From Narcine bancroftii (lineage: Eukaryota): a stretch of DNA of 64,000 nucleotides. Below, piece after piece: positions 47,941 to 60,099 of the stretch (position 1 is the first letter of the stretch; every line of letters starts with the position of its first letter). Position numbers and translations under genes: made by a program. The DNA is taken from the NCBI RefSeq assembly GCF_036971445.1, contig NC_091470.1:140058001-140122000 (forward strand), written 5' to 3'. The notes beneath the pieces are model-generated. The model did not search any database. It was not told the origin of the DNA and saw only the letters and a program-made list of their open reading frames with translations.

Positions 47941-50900
47941 ATTGGGCGTGGCAAGATGGCTAGAGGGTAGATGTGCTGTCCTAATCCTCTCCAGCCAGAT
48001 TTTTTAAATACCCGTTTTTAAGATTTAATCTACATATATAAACGTTTTATTTCTGTTTCTAAGTACATTAGTTATCTATAATGGTGGCTAATATTAAAAA
48101 AAATCAAAGGTTCAGCTACAGAAACTACTTTTTAAAAGTGCTGAAGAACAGGCCGACCCGTCCAGCTGGAACCACCTAGCTGCCGTTGGGAGCCTCCGGG
48201 CCACAGAGGAAACCAGCCAGGTTGAATGTTACGCAGGCGCCGGTCTTCTCCCCGCAAGATGCCGCCGTCTTGTTGAGGAAATCGACCTACGACTCGCGGG
48301 TTCGCGAAGTCGAGCGAGCAGCCGATCCGGAGCATAGAATGCTTGGGCCCGCTCTACCGTCGGGGAAGTCGGGGACGCGCGCGAGGACGCTGGAAGCCGC
48401 CCCTGCGCGGTCCTTCGCACTGCCGAGCATGCGCGGTGCTTCCAGGGTCCGGGATCGCGCTTGGGCTGCAGGGGGAAGGGAGCGGCGGCACCCCGACGTG
48501 GTCGGCGTGCCGTCGTCGGGTGTCCAAACCTGCAGCCGCACGGGGAAAGTCTTAACGAGGAGAGAGCAAGAAGAGGGCTTACCTTATACAACTAGTTCAC
48601 AGGAACAACTGGAGGAGGAGCTTGAAGAAGGTGGGTCTCAAGATGTGGCACTGGAACCTGGACTGAACTCTATTTTTACTGTGTTGGAAGGGATTGCTTT
48701 TTATATGGATACTATGTCTCATCAAATGACTCAAATACAATCTACAATATCTGAAGATTAATCTATGCTTAACAGAGATGTTAATAAATGCCTTAGTTCA
48801 GTAGATGTGGTACAGGAAATTATTAAAATATTTGAGACAGCTTTTTCTGAATGTAATGAGCAAGCTGAACGTAATTTTAAAAAAATGGAAAAAGTGGAAG
48901 ATTCGTTTGTGGATTGGCAAATTCAGAAGAGAGAATTAGTTTAAAAAATTGATTCATTGGAAAATCAAAGCCGGAGAAATAATGTAAAAATTGTGGGCCT
49001 TCCAGAAGATATTGAAGGTGTGGATCCGATATTTTTTTTTAAGGAGTGGATTCCTGAGATGTTAGGTAAAGAGTTCTTTCCGGGTGGTTTGGTACTGGAA
49101 AGGGCATATAGAGCATTGAGGAGGAAACCGTTACCGGGTCAACCATCATGAGCAGTGTTAATTTGGTGCTTGAATTATCAGGATAGAGAAATGATTTTAT
49201 GGTTGGTGGTACAGAAGGCAAGACAAAGTCAAGTCCCAATGATGAGTCAGAATAATAGTTTTTTAATGATGATTGAAGTAAAAAAATTATCAGAAGTCGA
49301 CGTGAGTTTAATTCAGCCAAAAAGGTGCTGTGACAGAAAGGATATAAGTTTCCTTTTCGATACCTTGCAGTGTTTAAAGTTTTTTTATGGCAACTTTCAG
49401 TCTCAATTTTTTGAGAATGATCACGATGCATTGGTTTTTGCTAATTCGTTACAGGATTTATGTGGTCAGGGAAGAATTTCACTGTTGTCACCTAAAAGAA
49501 GGGCCAATGTCCATGGAAATGTACAGAATAGAAAGAATGGGAAGAATGGGAAAGATGGGAAGAAGGAGGCTTTGACACATAGTCCTAGTGATGTTGAAGA
49601 TTCGAATCAATCTCTGGGACTGGAGTCCCTGGGCTGAATATTTTAATGATGTTGAATTTCATTATTATATATATTGTATTTCTGGCTAGGGGAAGGTGGA
49701 TGGCATTGATATCTTTGATAATCAACTGCCACTGGTGGGGTGTTCCACACCCAGTTTTTTAGGGAACTACTACCTTTGGGTGGTTTTGTTTTTGGGGGAG
49801 GGGGAAATTAATTGCATTCCTTTTTATATTAACTTTTTTATAACATTAGGGGAGGGACAGTAAATTTTGTTTATTAACAGGGGAGCATTTTTTAATATAT
49901 TATGTGTTTATTTTAATCGTTTATTAAATGTCTCGTTTGAAATTTGCAACTTTTAATGTTCAAGGATTAAATAATCCAATAATCCAATTAAACGAAAGTG
50001 AGTTTTAGCTAAGTCAAAAGGTGTAGCGATTTTAGTTCATAAGAATTTATCTTTTGAGTTACAGACTGTAGAGGGGAATGCTGGGAGGGTTTTAAAAGTG
50101 GATTGTAAAATTTCTAATGAACTTTTGACTTTACGTGATATCCATGTACCTAATGTAGATTATAAATATTTTATTTCAGATGATTTTTTGTTATTGTGAA
50201 GCTAATGAAAATATTCTAATTGGGGGAGATTTAAATTGTGTTTTGGATCCATTAATGGATAAATCCCCAAAATGTATTAGAAAATCAAAAATGGCGATGC
50301 GATACAAAATAGGGGCTTTAATGAAAGACTTAAATTTGGTAGATATTTGGAGAAGAATTAATCCTATAGAGAAACATTTTCTTTTTATTCTTCTAGGTAT
50401 GATTCCTTTTCTAGAATAGAATTTTTTTTAATGTCGGCACATTTACAGGGAAAGATATTGCAGGCAAATTATAAAAGTAGAGTAATATCTGATCATTCTT
50501 TATTATTTTTTTCTTATGAAAGTTCGGAGGTGTTATGTCCATCTTATAGATGGAGGTTCAATACAATGTTGTTGAAAAAAACCTGAGTTTATTACTTTTG
50601 TTAAGAAACAGATTGATCTTTTCTTAACAGAAAATGTTAACTCTGTTCAAAGTAGATTTGTAGTATGGGATGCTTTAAAGGCATATTTAAGAGGACAAAT
50701 AATTAGTTACGCTACTAAAGTTAAGAAAGGGTATATGGCTGAAAGTATTAAATTAAAAAAGCAGATTGATGAATTGGAGAAGGAATTTCAGAAGGGAGTA
50801 ACAGAAGATCAGAAGATAGCTTTGACTAGATTGAAATTGTGATATAATATGTTACAGAGATCAATTTGAATGTTTACTTAATTGAACCAAGCAACAATAT

Positions 50901-53287
50901 TATGAGTGGGGTGAGAAGGTGCATAAACTACGTGCGTAGCAGTTAAAGAAGGAGCAAACCTCAAGGTTTATTAATGCTGTTAAAAAAGATTCGATAGTTA
51001 CCTATAAACCTCAGGAAATCAATGAACAGTTTAATTCATTTTATAAAAAATTATATACTTCTGAGGGGAGACAGGGTAATGGATCTATTGATTCTTTTTT
51101 TATTGACATTAAAGTTACCAGCATGAGATGAAGATGATATTATAGATTCAGAAGCTCCGTTCACAGATTTAGAAATTAAAACCACTATGATGGAAATGCC
51201 TAATGGTAAGTCATCAGGAGATTATGGGTTTTCGGTGGAATTTTATAAAGGTTTTAATGAAGATTTATCTTTGGTGCTTGGGGAGGTATTACAACAAGTT
51301 ACTGAACATTATGAGTTACCAGAATCTTGTTCTAGTGCTTCAATTACTGTAATTCCAAAGAAAGATAGAGACCATTAAAAGTGTCTTCGTATAGACCTAT
51401 TTCTTTATTGAATGTGGAGTATAAAATAATAGCTAAATTGTTAGCAAATCGGCTTGGTAAATATTTACCTAAATTGATACATGTAGATCAAACAGGTTTT
51501 ATTAAAACTAGATACTCTTCGACTAATTATTTTGACTAATGCATATCAACGGCAGCCCAACCATCCAATGGTGCTTGCACTTGATGTGGAAAAAGCTTTT
51601 GATAGGGTCGAATGGATTTTTTTATTTAAGATCTTGGAAGTGTTTAAATTTGGCCCTTTTTTATTGGCTGGGTTAAAACTTTATATACAAACCCGACTGC
51701 TAGGGTGGTGACAAATGGACAAATTGTGTCATTATTTAAATTAACGCATTCTACTCGACAGGGTTGTCCATTGTCACCAGCTCTGTTTGCATTGGTCATT
51801 GAACCGTTAGCTCAATTAATACGGCAAAATTAGTAGACACAAGAGATGAGAGTTTTGGATGAAGGGTATAAGATTAATTTATTTGCAGATGATGTTTTGA
51901 TATAGTTAACAAATCTGGAACAATCTTTGCCGCATTTACGGGAATGTTTATTGCAGTATGGATCATTATCTGAGTATACAATTAATTGTGATAAAAGGGA
52001 AATTTTACCGGTAGGTGAAGGATATTATTCAGTTTATAAAAATGTTATTAATTTGAAATGGAGAGATAAAATTAGATATTTAGGAATAATTGTGAACACT
52101 GAGTATCAATCTTTATATAAATTAAGTTATATTCCATTGTTGAAAAAGATAAAAGCAGACTTTATTAAGTGGAAAGACCTTCCGTTAACTTTATTTGGCC
52201 AGATTAATTGTATTAAAATGAATATTTTTCCACTTATTCAATATTTGTTTCAATCAATACCATGTTCTCTTACAAGGAACTTTTTTCAGGATTTAAATAA
52301 AGCTACTAGGGAATTTCTATAGAAAGATAAATTACCAAGGGTAGCATTAAATAAGCTTACTTGAAAGTACACATTAGGTGGATTGCAATTACCTCATTTT
52401 CAGAATTATTATGAGGCAGCCCAACTTACATTTATTAGTGTTTTGATGGATTTTGATCAATTTTCAAGTTGGGCTAAAGTTGAGATGTCATGTATTTCTG
52501 AATCTGCAATACATCAATTTATATTTCGGCTGAAGATCATACAGGAGTATGATGTGCCAATATTAAAATATTTATTGATGTTATGGACAAAATAGAATAT
52601 GACTATAGGATCAAAAGTTAAATTATCTATTTTAATGCCATTATATAATAATCAACTTGTTTCTTTTTCATTGATTAATAATCATTTAAAGAATTGGGAT
52701 CTTAAGGGTATAAAATTATTGCAGAATTGTTTTGTTTTGTAGAAGGTCAATGCAGAAATTCAGATTTCTGTTTTAGATGTGGTACATGTGTTGGAACTTT
52801 TTTACATGCTGTTTGGTCCTGTGTGTATGTACAACCATTTTGTGAAGATTCCTTTAAAGGGATTGGGGTTGGATAAATTTCAAGTCGTATTTGTATATTT
52901 AGCGTTGTCTGTAGCTCGAAAATGTGTAGCAAGTAGATGGAAGGATATGACAGTGATTAGTATAATGCGATGGTATAATGAAACGAAATCTTGTATTGTT
53001 ATGGATAAATTACTTATGTTTTGCATGATAATTATTCTTTTTTTGTTAATGTGATCATTATATTTGGAATATATGTATTTAGAGGTATTTTGATTTATTT
53101 TATTCCTTTTTTTAGTTCTTTTTTTAATATATATTTCTTTGGCTCTCCTTAAGAGATCTGGCTAAAGGGATGGGAGGGGGGTTGTTGTTTCTTTCTTTTT
53201 AGTTTCATATATATAAAAATTTTGTTGTGAAGTGTATTTTGTATGTTTACCAATAATTTTTCAATAAATAAAGTTTGAAAAAAAAAG
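47941..53287 (+). mobile_element. Second L1 of the same family nested in the first
   Basis: Own 5' end GGGCGTGGCAAGATGGC, ORF1/ORF2 remnants, AATAAA and polyA ending 53286. TSD CAATTACCTCATTTT at 47926-47940 and 53288-53302. Confidence 0.92.
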
Positions 53288-55433
53288 CAATTACCTCATT
53301 TTCAGAACTATTATGAAGCAGCCCAGTTCAAATTTATTAATGGTTTGATGGATTTGGATCAGCCTCCAAGTTGGGATAAAGTTGAGGTGGCCTGTATTTC
53401 TGAAATTGAAATGCATCAATTTATATTTCGGTGGAATGTGAATTTGTTACAGGAGTATAATATGATGATATCAAAACATTTATTGATGTTATAGACAAAA
53501 AAATAAGATTATAGGATCAAAAGGTAAATTGTCTATTTTAACGCCATTATATATTAATCAGCTTATTCCTTTTACAATATTTAATAGTCATTTAAAGAGT
53601 TGGGATTCTAAGGGTTTAAAAACATTACAGGATTGCTTTGTAGAAACACAGTTTCTTTCTTTTAATCAATTGAACGAATGTTTTGATATTGTGGAAATAT
53701 CTTTATTTGTTTATTATAAAATTTGATCTTTGGTGAAAAATATGTATGGTAGAGAGATTATTTTATCTGTATTGTCAGAATTCGACTCTATACCAAAAAG
53801 GGTTATATTTCTGTTATGTATCAAGTATTACAGGATAATATGGATAAGCCAGAATTGAAGAAATCTATACTTAAATGGGAAAATGACTTAACTTTTGTTT
53901 TTCCTGAAGAATACTGGACTGATATGTGTTATGATGGTGTTACTAGATTGACGAATGCACAGTATGGAATGGTTAATTATAATTTTTTACATCAGTTATA
54001 TTTAACTCCTGAGAAATTGGAAAAAAATATGGTTTCAGTAATTAAGATTTCTGTTTTAGATGTGATACATGTGTTGGAACTTTTTTACAAGCTCTTTGGT
54101 CCTGAGTGTATGTACAACCATTTTGGGAAGAAATTAAGCTAATTTTAGAAAAATTGTATAAGTTTAAGTTACCATTGGATCAATCCATTTTTTTACTGGA
54201 TTATGTGATTTCTTTAAAGAGATTGGGGTTGGATAAATTTGAAATTGCATTTGTATATTTAGCATTGTCCATAGCTCAAAAATGTGTAGCAAGTACATGG
54301 AAAGATAATACAGTGATTAACATAATGCAATGACATAATGAAATGAAAGCTTGTATTATTATGGAAAAAAAATACATATGTTTTGCATGATAATTATTGT
54401 TTTTTGTTAATAAGTCGTTACCATATGTGGAGTATATGCATTTAGATGTACTTTGATTTATTATATTGTTAGTTTCTGTTTATATATTTTTGGCTCTCCT
54501 TAAGAGAGCTGGCTGAAGGGGTGGGAGGGTGGGTGGGGATTCAACTTTGATTTTTTTCTTTTTCTTTGTTATTAATTTATTTTTCATTTTAAAATGTTGT
54601 TATTGTTTGTATTTTGTATTATTACTAACAAATTTTCAAAGAAATGAAGTTTTTAAAAAAGAGAGATGGGGAGAGAGAGGGTGAGAGAGGGTGAGGGTGG
54701 ATAAATGGTGGGGAGAGTGGCGATGGGAGGCAGAGTGGAAGTGGGAGATGGGGAGAGGGATAGATAAAGATGTGGATGGGGTGGATAAAAGAGGGGATAA
54801 ATAGGGGTAATGAAGCGAAAGAGGAGGGAGAGAGCAGAGAAAGATTAATAGAAAACCGAGCCAACAGTGAGGGAAAGGGGAGAAGGAAGGGTATGTAGGG
54901 AGCAAGAGAGTGAGCGTGATTGGGGAGAGAGGAATATCGACAGACTCTGCAACAGTACAGAACGAAAATAAATTTTTTGAGAAGAAAGTGAACTCGCGAA
55001 GTGGAGCTTGGCAGATGGGAGAGAGAGAAGGGGAGCGAGTAAAATGAGGTGAGGATAGCGGGAGGAACGTGCAGTGAAAGGCAAAATGTGTGAGGACGAC
55101 AGAGTGGGGTAGAAACTGATCCGCGAAAGGTGCAGAGGAGAGGAGAGGGAGGGAGAACTGGATTGGAAAGGATGAGGGAGAGAGAGGGCAGCGACAGAGT
55201 TATCGGAAGAGAGACTTATTCAGCTGAACGCGACATTGGATAAAAATGTTCTGGCTGCGTCACGTTGAACGGCTCTGATCTCCACCTTGATTCCCATTGG
55301 TTAAATTGGGAGAAGGTGTGCGTCTAATCTACAGCACATCTCCCAATCTTTCGGGAAGAGCGAATCTGTCTCCTCAAAGCTCCGACCCTCGGACGCCTCC
55401 CTCTCATTACAAGATAAGCCCGTCCAGAGAGAG

Positions 55434-55470
55434 ATGTTTCTCCTTCTGGGGTTCGTGGCCTGGTTTCACT
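55434..55470 (+). other. Intact orphan CAWS-family leader exon with promoter; its own V exon is missing
   Basis: MFLLLGFVAWFH+T and GTAAGT donor, with TGCGTCAC/ATTGG promoter upstream. Intron homology stops at ~56118 with no V exon. Confidence 0.85.
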
Positions 55471-56249
55471 GTAAGTGGGATCGACCCCACGTTTCATTCC
55501 CCTCTCTTGTCCCCTCTCCTCCCCAATCTTTCGGTTCCCGTTTCTTTTCTTTCACTTGTTCACGAAGTAACTTCCCTGAACCCGTTCCCTCTCCACCAAT
55601 TTCTGTCTCTTTCACTCTTTCTATTTCATTCTTTTTCTCTTCCGTCTCTTTCCAGTCTGCTTCTCTCCAATCCACTCACTCTTTCTTTTTTTCTCTCTTT
55701 TTCTTTCCAGTTATCTCTCTCGTTCCCTTTTTTCTCCTTTCCCCGCTCTTTTCTCTTTAACTCCCTCTATTGCTTTCTATGTTTCATATATCTTTCCCTT
55801 CGTTCAGTTCACTCACTCTCATCATTCCTCCTTTGCTTCACCTGTCTATCTTCTCTATTTTCTCCTTCTCCCCATCCTTTCTTTTTCGTTAGCCACTTCG
55901 CTCTTTTATTCTCACCTTCGCCCTCTTTTAAATTCACTCTATTATTTATCTCGCTTCAATTCTCTCTTCCTTTCTCATTTTTTCCTGAATCCCGCATTCC
56001 ATTTTTCTGCCTCTTTCCGCCTCTCCCTTTCTCCATTTTTTTTCTTTCCTTTTCACTCCCCCCCTTCCAATTCCATTTTCTCCCTTCTCCGTGTTTCTCC
56101 CGACCCCGCTTTCTGTCTACCGACAAAGATTGCCTTATTTATCGATGAATATAATAGCGCATGGACACAGCTGTCAAACAATTACGAAGTAACTAAATAT
56201 GTTCCCCTCACCATTTCGCCTCGTGTATGCTTTGTATCTTCTTGCTTGT

Positions 56250-56441
56250 CTTTCAATCTATTGATCTATCTCTCCATCTATCTATATATCTATATATCCA
56301 TCCGACTGTCTAAAAAAAGTCGTCTCTATATCTTTCTATTTATCTATCGATCTATGTATCTATCTCTCTATCTATCTATCTACGTCTCTGCCAATTTGTC
56401 TGACTATATATTTATCAATTTAACTATCGATCTATCTATCT
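56250..56441. repeat. Degenerate (CTAT)n microsatellite (second tract ~58880-58931)
   Basis: Repeated tcta/ctat units. Confidence 0.85.
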
Positions 56442-57351
56442 GCGCTCTAAAGGTGATCGTGGGGACGAGCTCCGACTGTGATACAGAAGCTCTTCAAGGC
56501 GTGCGTCTCCAACCGGTTATGACAACAAGGTCCAATCCCAGGCCTTCACCTGTAGCGTTGATCTTCTGCCCCGCGGAGTCGCCCTCGCTGACATCGAAAA
56601 GAGGCACAGGCGCCTGGACACCAGCTGCACGGGGCAGATGGGGCTCGTTCTCTACAGAAGGCCTGTTATCTCGTAGAGAGGGGAATCTCCGATGACAAAA
56701 TTCCGCTCGCCTCGCGGGAAAGACTTTTGTATTCAATCCAGAGTCAGAGTCCCGAAAGCGGATGACTGCTGCACCCGGCACCGGCCATGAGACTCCCGCT
56801 ATGCTGCGGAAACCAAATTTCCTTTGGGCCTATCGTTAAATGGAGAGGAGGGTTCCCACTGCGTGGGCAACTGGTGTGTCTCCCTATCCACTCTGCCCTG
56901 GCCTGCGCCCTGGAGAATCCCCTCCAGCTACCATCAGAGGCGCAGGACAGATGGTCGACCAGGACCAGTGGAGGCCACACAGAACCATGTCTAACCATGA
57001 TTCTGTTGAGTGACATACCTGATGACACATCGGCAGAACGATCTACATGTGTAACAAATATGCTCAGGCATTAACGATTGTTTTGTTCACCATTCGACCA
57101 ACTGCCGCCTTCGCATTTCCCCTGCATTCTTTCCCCACCAGCTGCCCGTAACTCCCCCTCCCCCAATCCCCAGACCCTGCTGCGTCTCCCCAATTCTCCG
57201 CCCTACGCAACTCCCCACCCTCGTCCGCCAATCGCTGCCTCGGGGAAGAGTGACGCCTCATCCGCTTCCGCCCACCCCGGCGGATCACCCCGGCTCCTGG
57301 ATCAGTGGACTCCCGACAACCGAGGGAACGCGTCCAGGACCCGCGGCCAAG

Positions 57352-57899
57352 ATGCCTCGCAGCTCCTTCCTCCTGGCCCTACTCTCTCTGACCCCGTGTA
57401 CGTTTGTATGAGCCCCGTCCAATCGTTCCCTTGCGTTCCCTGCAAGGAAAAACCTACCGCGCGCTCGCCTGGCGTTTTCGCGCTGGATACCCTCCCGAAC
57501 CCGCGCTACCCGAGCGGGGAAGAGAAGGCCTGGAGTGCGGTCGCTCCCTCCCTCGTTCTGACTCCGACTCTCTTCCCTTTCCTCTCTCAGGTCTGTTGCG
57601 GGCGGACGTGATCCATCAGTGGCCCGGCTCTCTCGGCGCCGACAAGGGAACGTCCGCCGAGATGAACTGTTACCAGAACGGGACAGTTCGTAATAACATG
57701 CTATGGTATGGGCAGTCGACATCGGGAGGGGTTGTCCTGCTCGGATATGTTTATCTCGGCGGCGAGGTTCAATATGAAGACGGATTTAAGAGCGGGTTCC
57801 TCATTACTCGTTCAATGGAGAACAGGAAATCTACTCTGAAGATCGAGAGCGTTAAGCAAAAAGACGAGGCGGTGTATTTCTGCGCCGCTTCTGATGGGA
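57352..57899 (+). CDS. TRBV: TCR beta V gene, second family, apparently functional
   Basis: Leader 57352-57397 (MPRSSFLLALLSLTP+T, donor GTACGT); acceptor cag at 57590. V 57591-57899: (C)LLRADVIHQWPGSLGADKGTSAEMNCYQNGTVRNNMLWYGQSTSGGVVLLGYVYLGGEVQYEDGFKSGFLITRSMENRKSTLKIESVKQKDEAVYFCAASDG. AGTGACG CRE half-site at ~57249. Confidence 0.9.
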
Positions 57900-57938
57900 C
57901 ACGGCGCTGCAGAGTAGCGCTGCACCGCTACATATACC
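57900..57938 (+). other. 23-RSS
   Basis: CACGGCG + 23 bp + ACATATACC. Confidence 0.88.
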
Positions 57939-57974
57939 GGACACACTCACACCTGCTGACATAAAATAGGCAGG

Positions 57975-58720
57975 TCTGCATGGCGGCCGGATGCAGGAAC
58001 ATTGAGTTTCCAGTCCTGGTCCCCTCCCCACGTTTCACTGATGGCCACAATGTCATATTTTAAACGCCAATCCACTCTCCAATCTCGCCCGCATTCCCTA
58101 CCCCACCACCTGAGGACATAGCTGTCGCCTACAGTCTTTTGGGTTCCGATGATACGTGCAATCTTCACTTCGCTACCCCCCTCCATCTGCTGCTGCCCTG
58201 AATATCCCATCCTTCTGCAAATCGAGTTTAAACCCATCTCCTCCACCTCACCGGCCAGACGCAGCACTTGTAAAACTTCGCACAAAGATATTAGTCCCCC
58301 ATTCAGATCAGTTGCGATCCGTCTCCACCTTCCCAATGATCCAGAAACCTGAACGCCTCCTTCCTGTCACGTGTTAAGCTGCATTATCCTCCTATTTCTA
58401 CTCTCATCAGTACGGGACACGGACAGAAACCCTGAGATCACTACCCTGGATGTCCTGTCCTTCAACCTAGGGCCCAATTCCCTGAACTCTCCTTGCAGGA
58501 CCTCCTCACCCTTCTTACCCATGTCATTTGTCTCTGCATGGACCACAATATCTAGTTCCTCACCCCCCTCCTGAGAATGCCCTGAACTCTGTCTATGAAG
58601 TTGGACCCTGGCACGCGGGAGGCAACAGACCATCCAGGATTCTCAATCTCTTCCACGGAAATTCTTATCTGTCCCCTAATTATAGAATCTCCTATCCATA
58701 TAGTTGGCCACAATTTCCTT
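57975..58720 (-). mobile_element. CR1-clade LINE fragment (esterase ORF1 and start of APE)
   Basis: MVCCLPRARV..IVVHAETND..LKDRTSRVVISG (SGNH-esterase-type ORF1) and YDIVAISETW. Confidence 0.8.
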
Positions 58721-58896
58721 CATATTATCGTTATGATTTCACACTTTCACTCGCTCTATCCGTCGGTGCCTAATACCTCCTCCCTCTCATACTCTCTTTA
58801 CCTTTCACTCCATCTGTCCCCCTGACCTGTTCGTCTGCCAATTCCCCACCATCAATTCGCCCTCTGCCCCTCTACCTATACATCTATCCATCCATG

Positions 58897-58932
<36 letters not shown>

Positions 58933-59314
58933 CTAACATCCTTTCTCAATTTTTCCAATTACCCATCGCCCCAAATCTCTCACATATTTCCAATTTATTG
59001 ACTAACCAACGATACATCTGCTCGCCTTTCCGCCTCTTGTCCCCTTTTTTATTCCCTTTTTCACCTTTCCCATCCACCCCCGTTACTCGCTCATCCCCCG
59101 ACTCCGCTCCCACTCGCTGATCCTCCCCTTTCTTCGCCTTCCCATCTCTCCGCGCTGATCCGCCGATCACTTATTCGGCCACACGGCGGAAAGGATTCAG
59201 ATAGTCGGGGAGTCAGCGACGCCTCTTCCGCTACCACCCCGCACGGCGGCTGGATCCGCCGGGACAAGACGACTCCAGACTACCGAGAGAAAGCCCCTTA
59301 GCCCCGGGGCCAAG

Positions 59315-59999
59315 ATCCCTCGCCGCTGCCTTCTCCTCGTTCTCCTCTCTCTGACCCTTTGTACGATGGTGTAAGCCCCGTGTAATCGTTCCCCCGGGTT
59401 TCCTGGAAATATATATCCGCCCTTTGTACTCCTCGCTTCGCTGATTTCACAGACTTGACGTCACCTATTTCGACTCAGACGCGAAATTTTGCCCGTTCTA
59501 TATTCCATGCGGAACTCATTACTCTGTCAGTGTGATTCCTATTGAGATCGACCAACGGGGCAAAATCGCGTTGCGCGCTCGCCCAGCATTTCCGCGCTCT
59601 CCCGAATCCGCGCGACTCGGGCTGGTCAATAGACGACGGAGCGCTCCTTCCTCGTTCTGACTCCCCGCTCGCTTCCCTTCCCCTCCCGGTGGGTCCCGGG
59701 CTGACATGGTCCTTCAGCAGCCCGGATCTCTCATCGCCCGCGAGAGGGGCATCCGCCTAGATGAACTGTGACCAGAACGGGACTGTTCGTGACACCAGTC
59801 ACCGCAGTGGGGTGGGGGTTGGGGGGGTTCGCGATAAATGGGCTACGTTTACGTCTATCCCAATACGAAGGAGGCTTTAAGAGCTGTTTTCCCATGGCCA
59901 AAACTATAGACGGCAGGAAAGCTACCCTGAAGACCGAAAGCGTTGAGCCTGAAGACGCGTCAGTGTATTTCTGCACCGCGAGTCACCGCTGAAAATACC
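59315..59999 (+). pseudogene. TRBV: Second-family TRBV pseudogene
   Basis: Leader relic 59315-59360 (ATG>ATC, GTACGA). V relic ~59690-59983 has frameshifts and ends KATLKTESVEPEDASVYFCTAS. The RSS is collapsed to CACCGCT+GAAAATACC. Confidence 0.85.
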
Positions 60000-60099
60000 C
60001 TACACTGATTTCTGTTTCTCTGCTGTAATATTGCATGGGAGAGAAGTGGGAGAGAGGAGAGGGGGTGGGAGAGGGAGAGAAGGGGAGCTTGGAGAAAGG

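Larger units (their letters stand above)
43110..54660 (+). mobile_element. Degenerate full-length L1-clade LINE (host element, interrupted by an RTE fragment and a second L1)
   Basis: 5' end GGGGCGTGACAAGATGGC; ORF1 remnants 44.0-44.6 kb; APE/RT remnants 45.0-47.9 kb (KSPGDDGF, QQGCPLSP, INLFAVDD). ORF2 resumes at 53288 and the element ends in an A-tail at ~54660. Confidence 0.9.

Noticed and set aside
43095-54670. TSD for the host L1
   Set aside because: Only low-complexity GAGAGAT similarity on both sides; not convincing.
57404-57964. 186-aa single-exon ORF
   Set aside because: It runs through intron, V exon and RSS; the real structure is leader 57352-57397 spliced to V 57591-57899.
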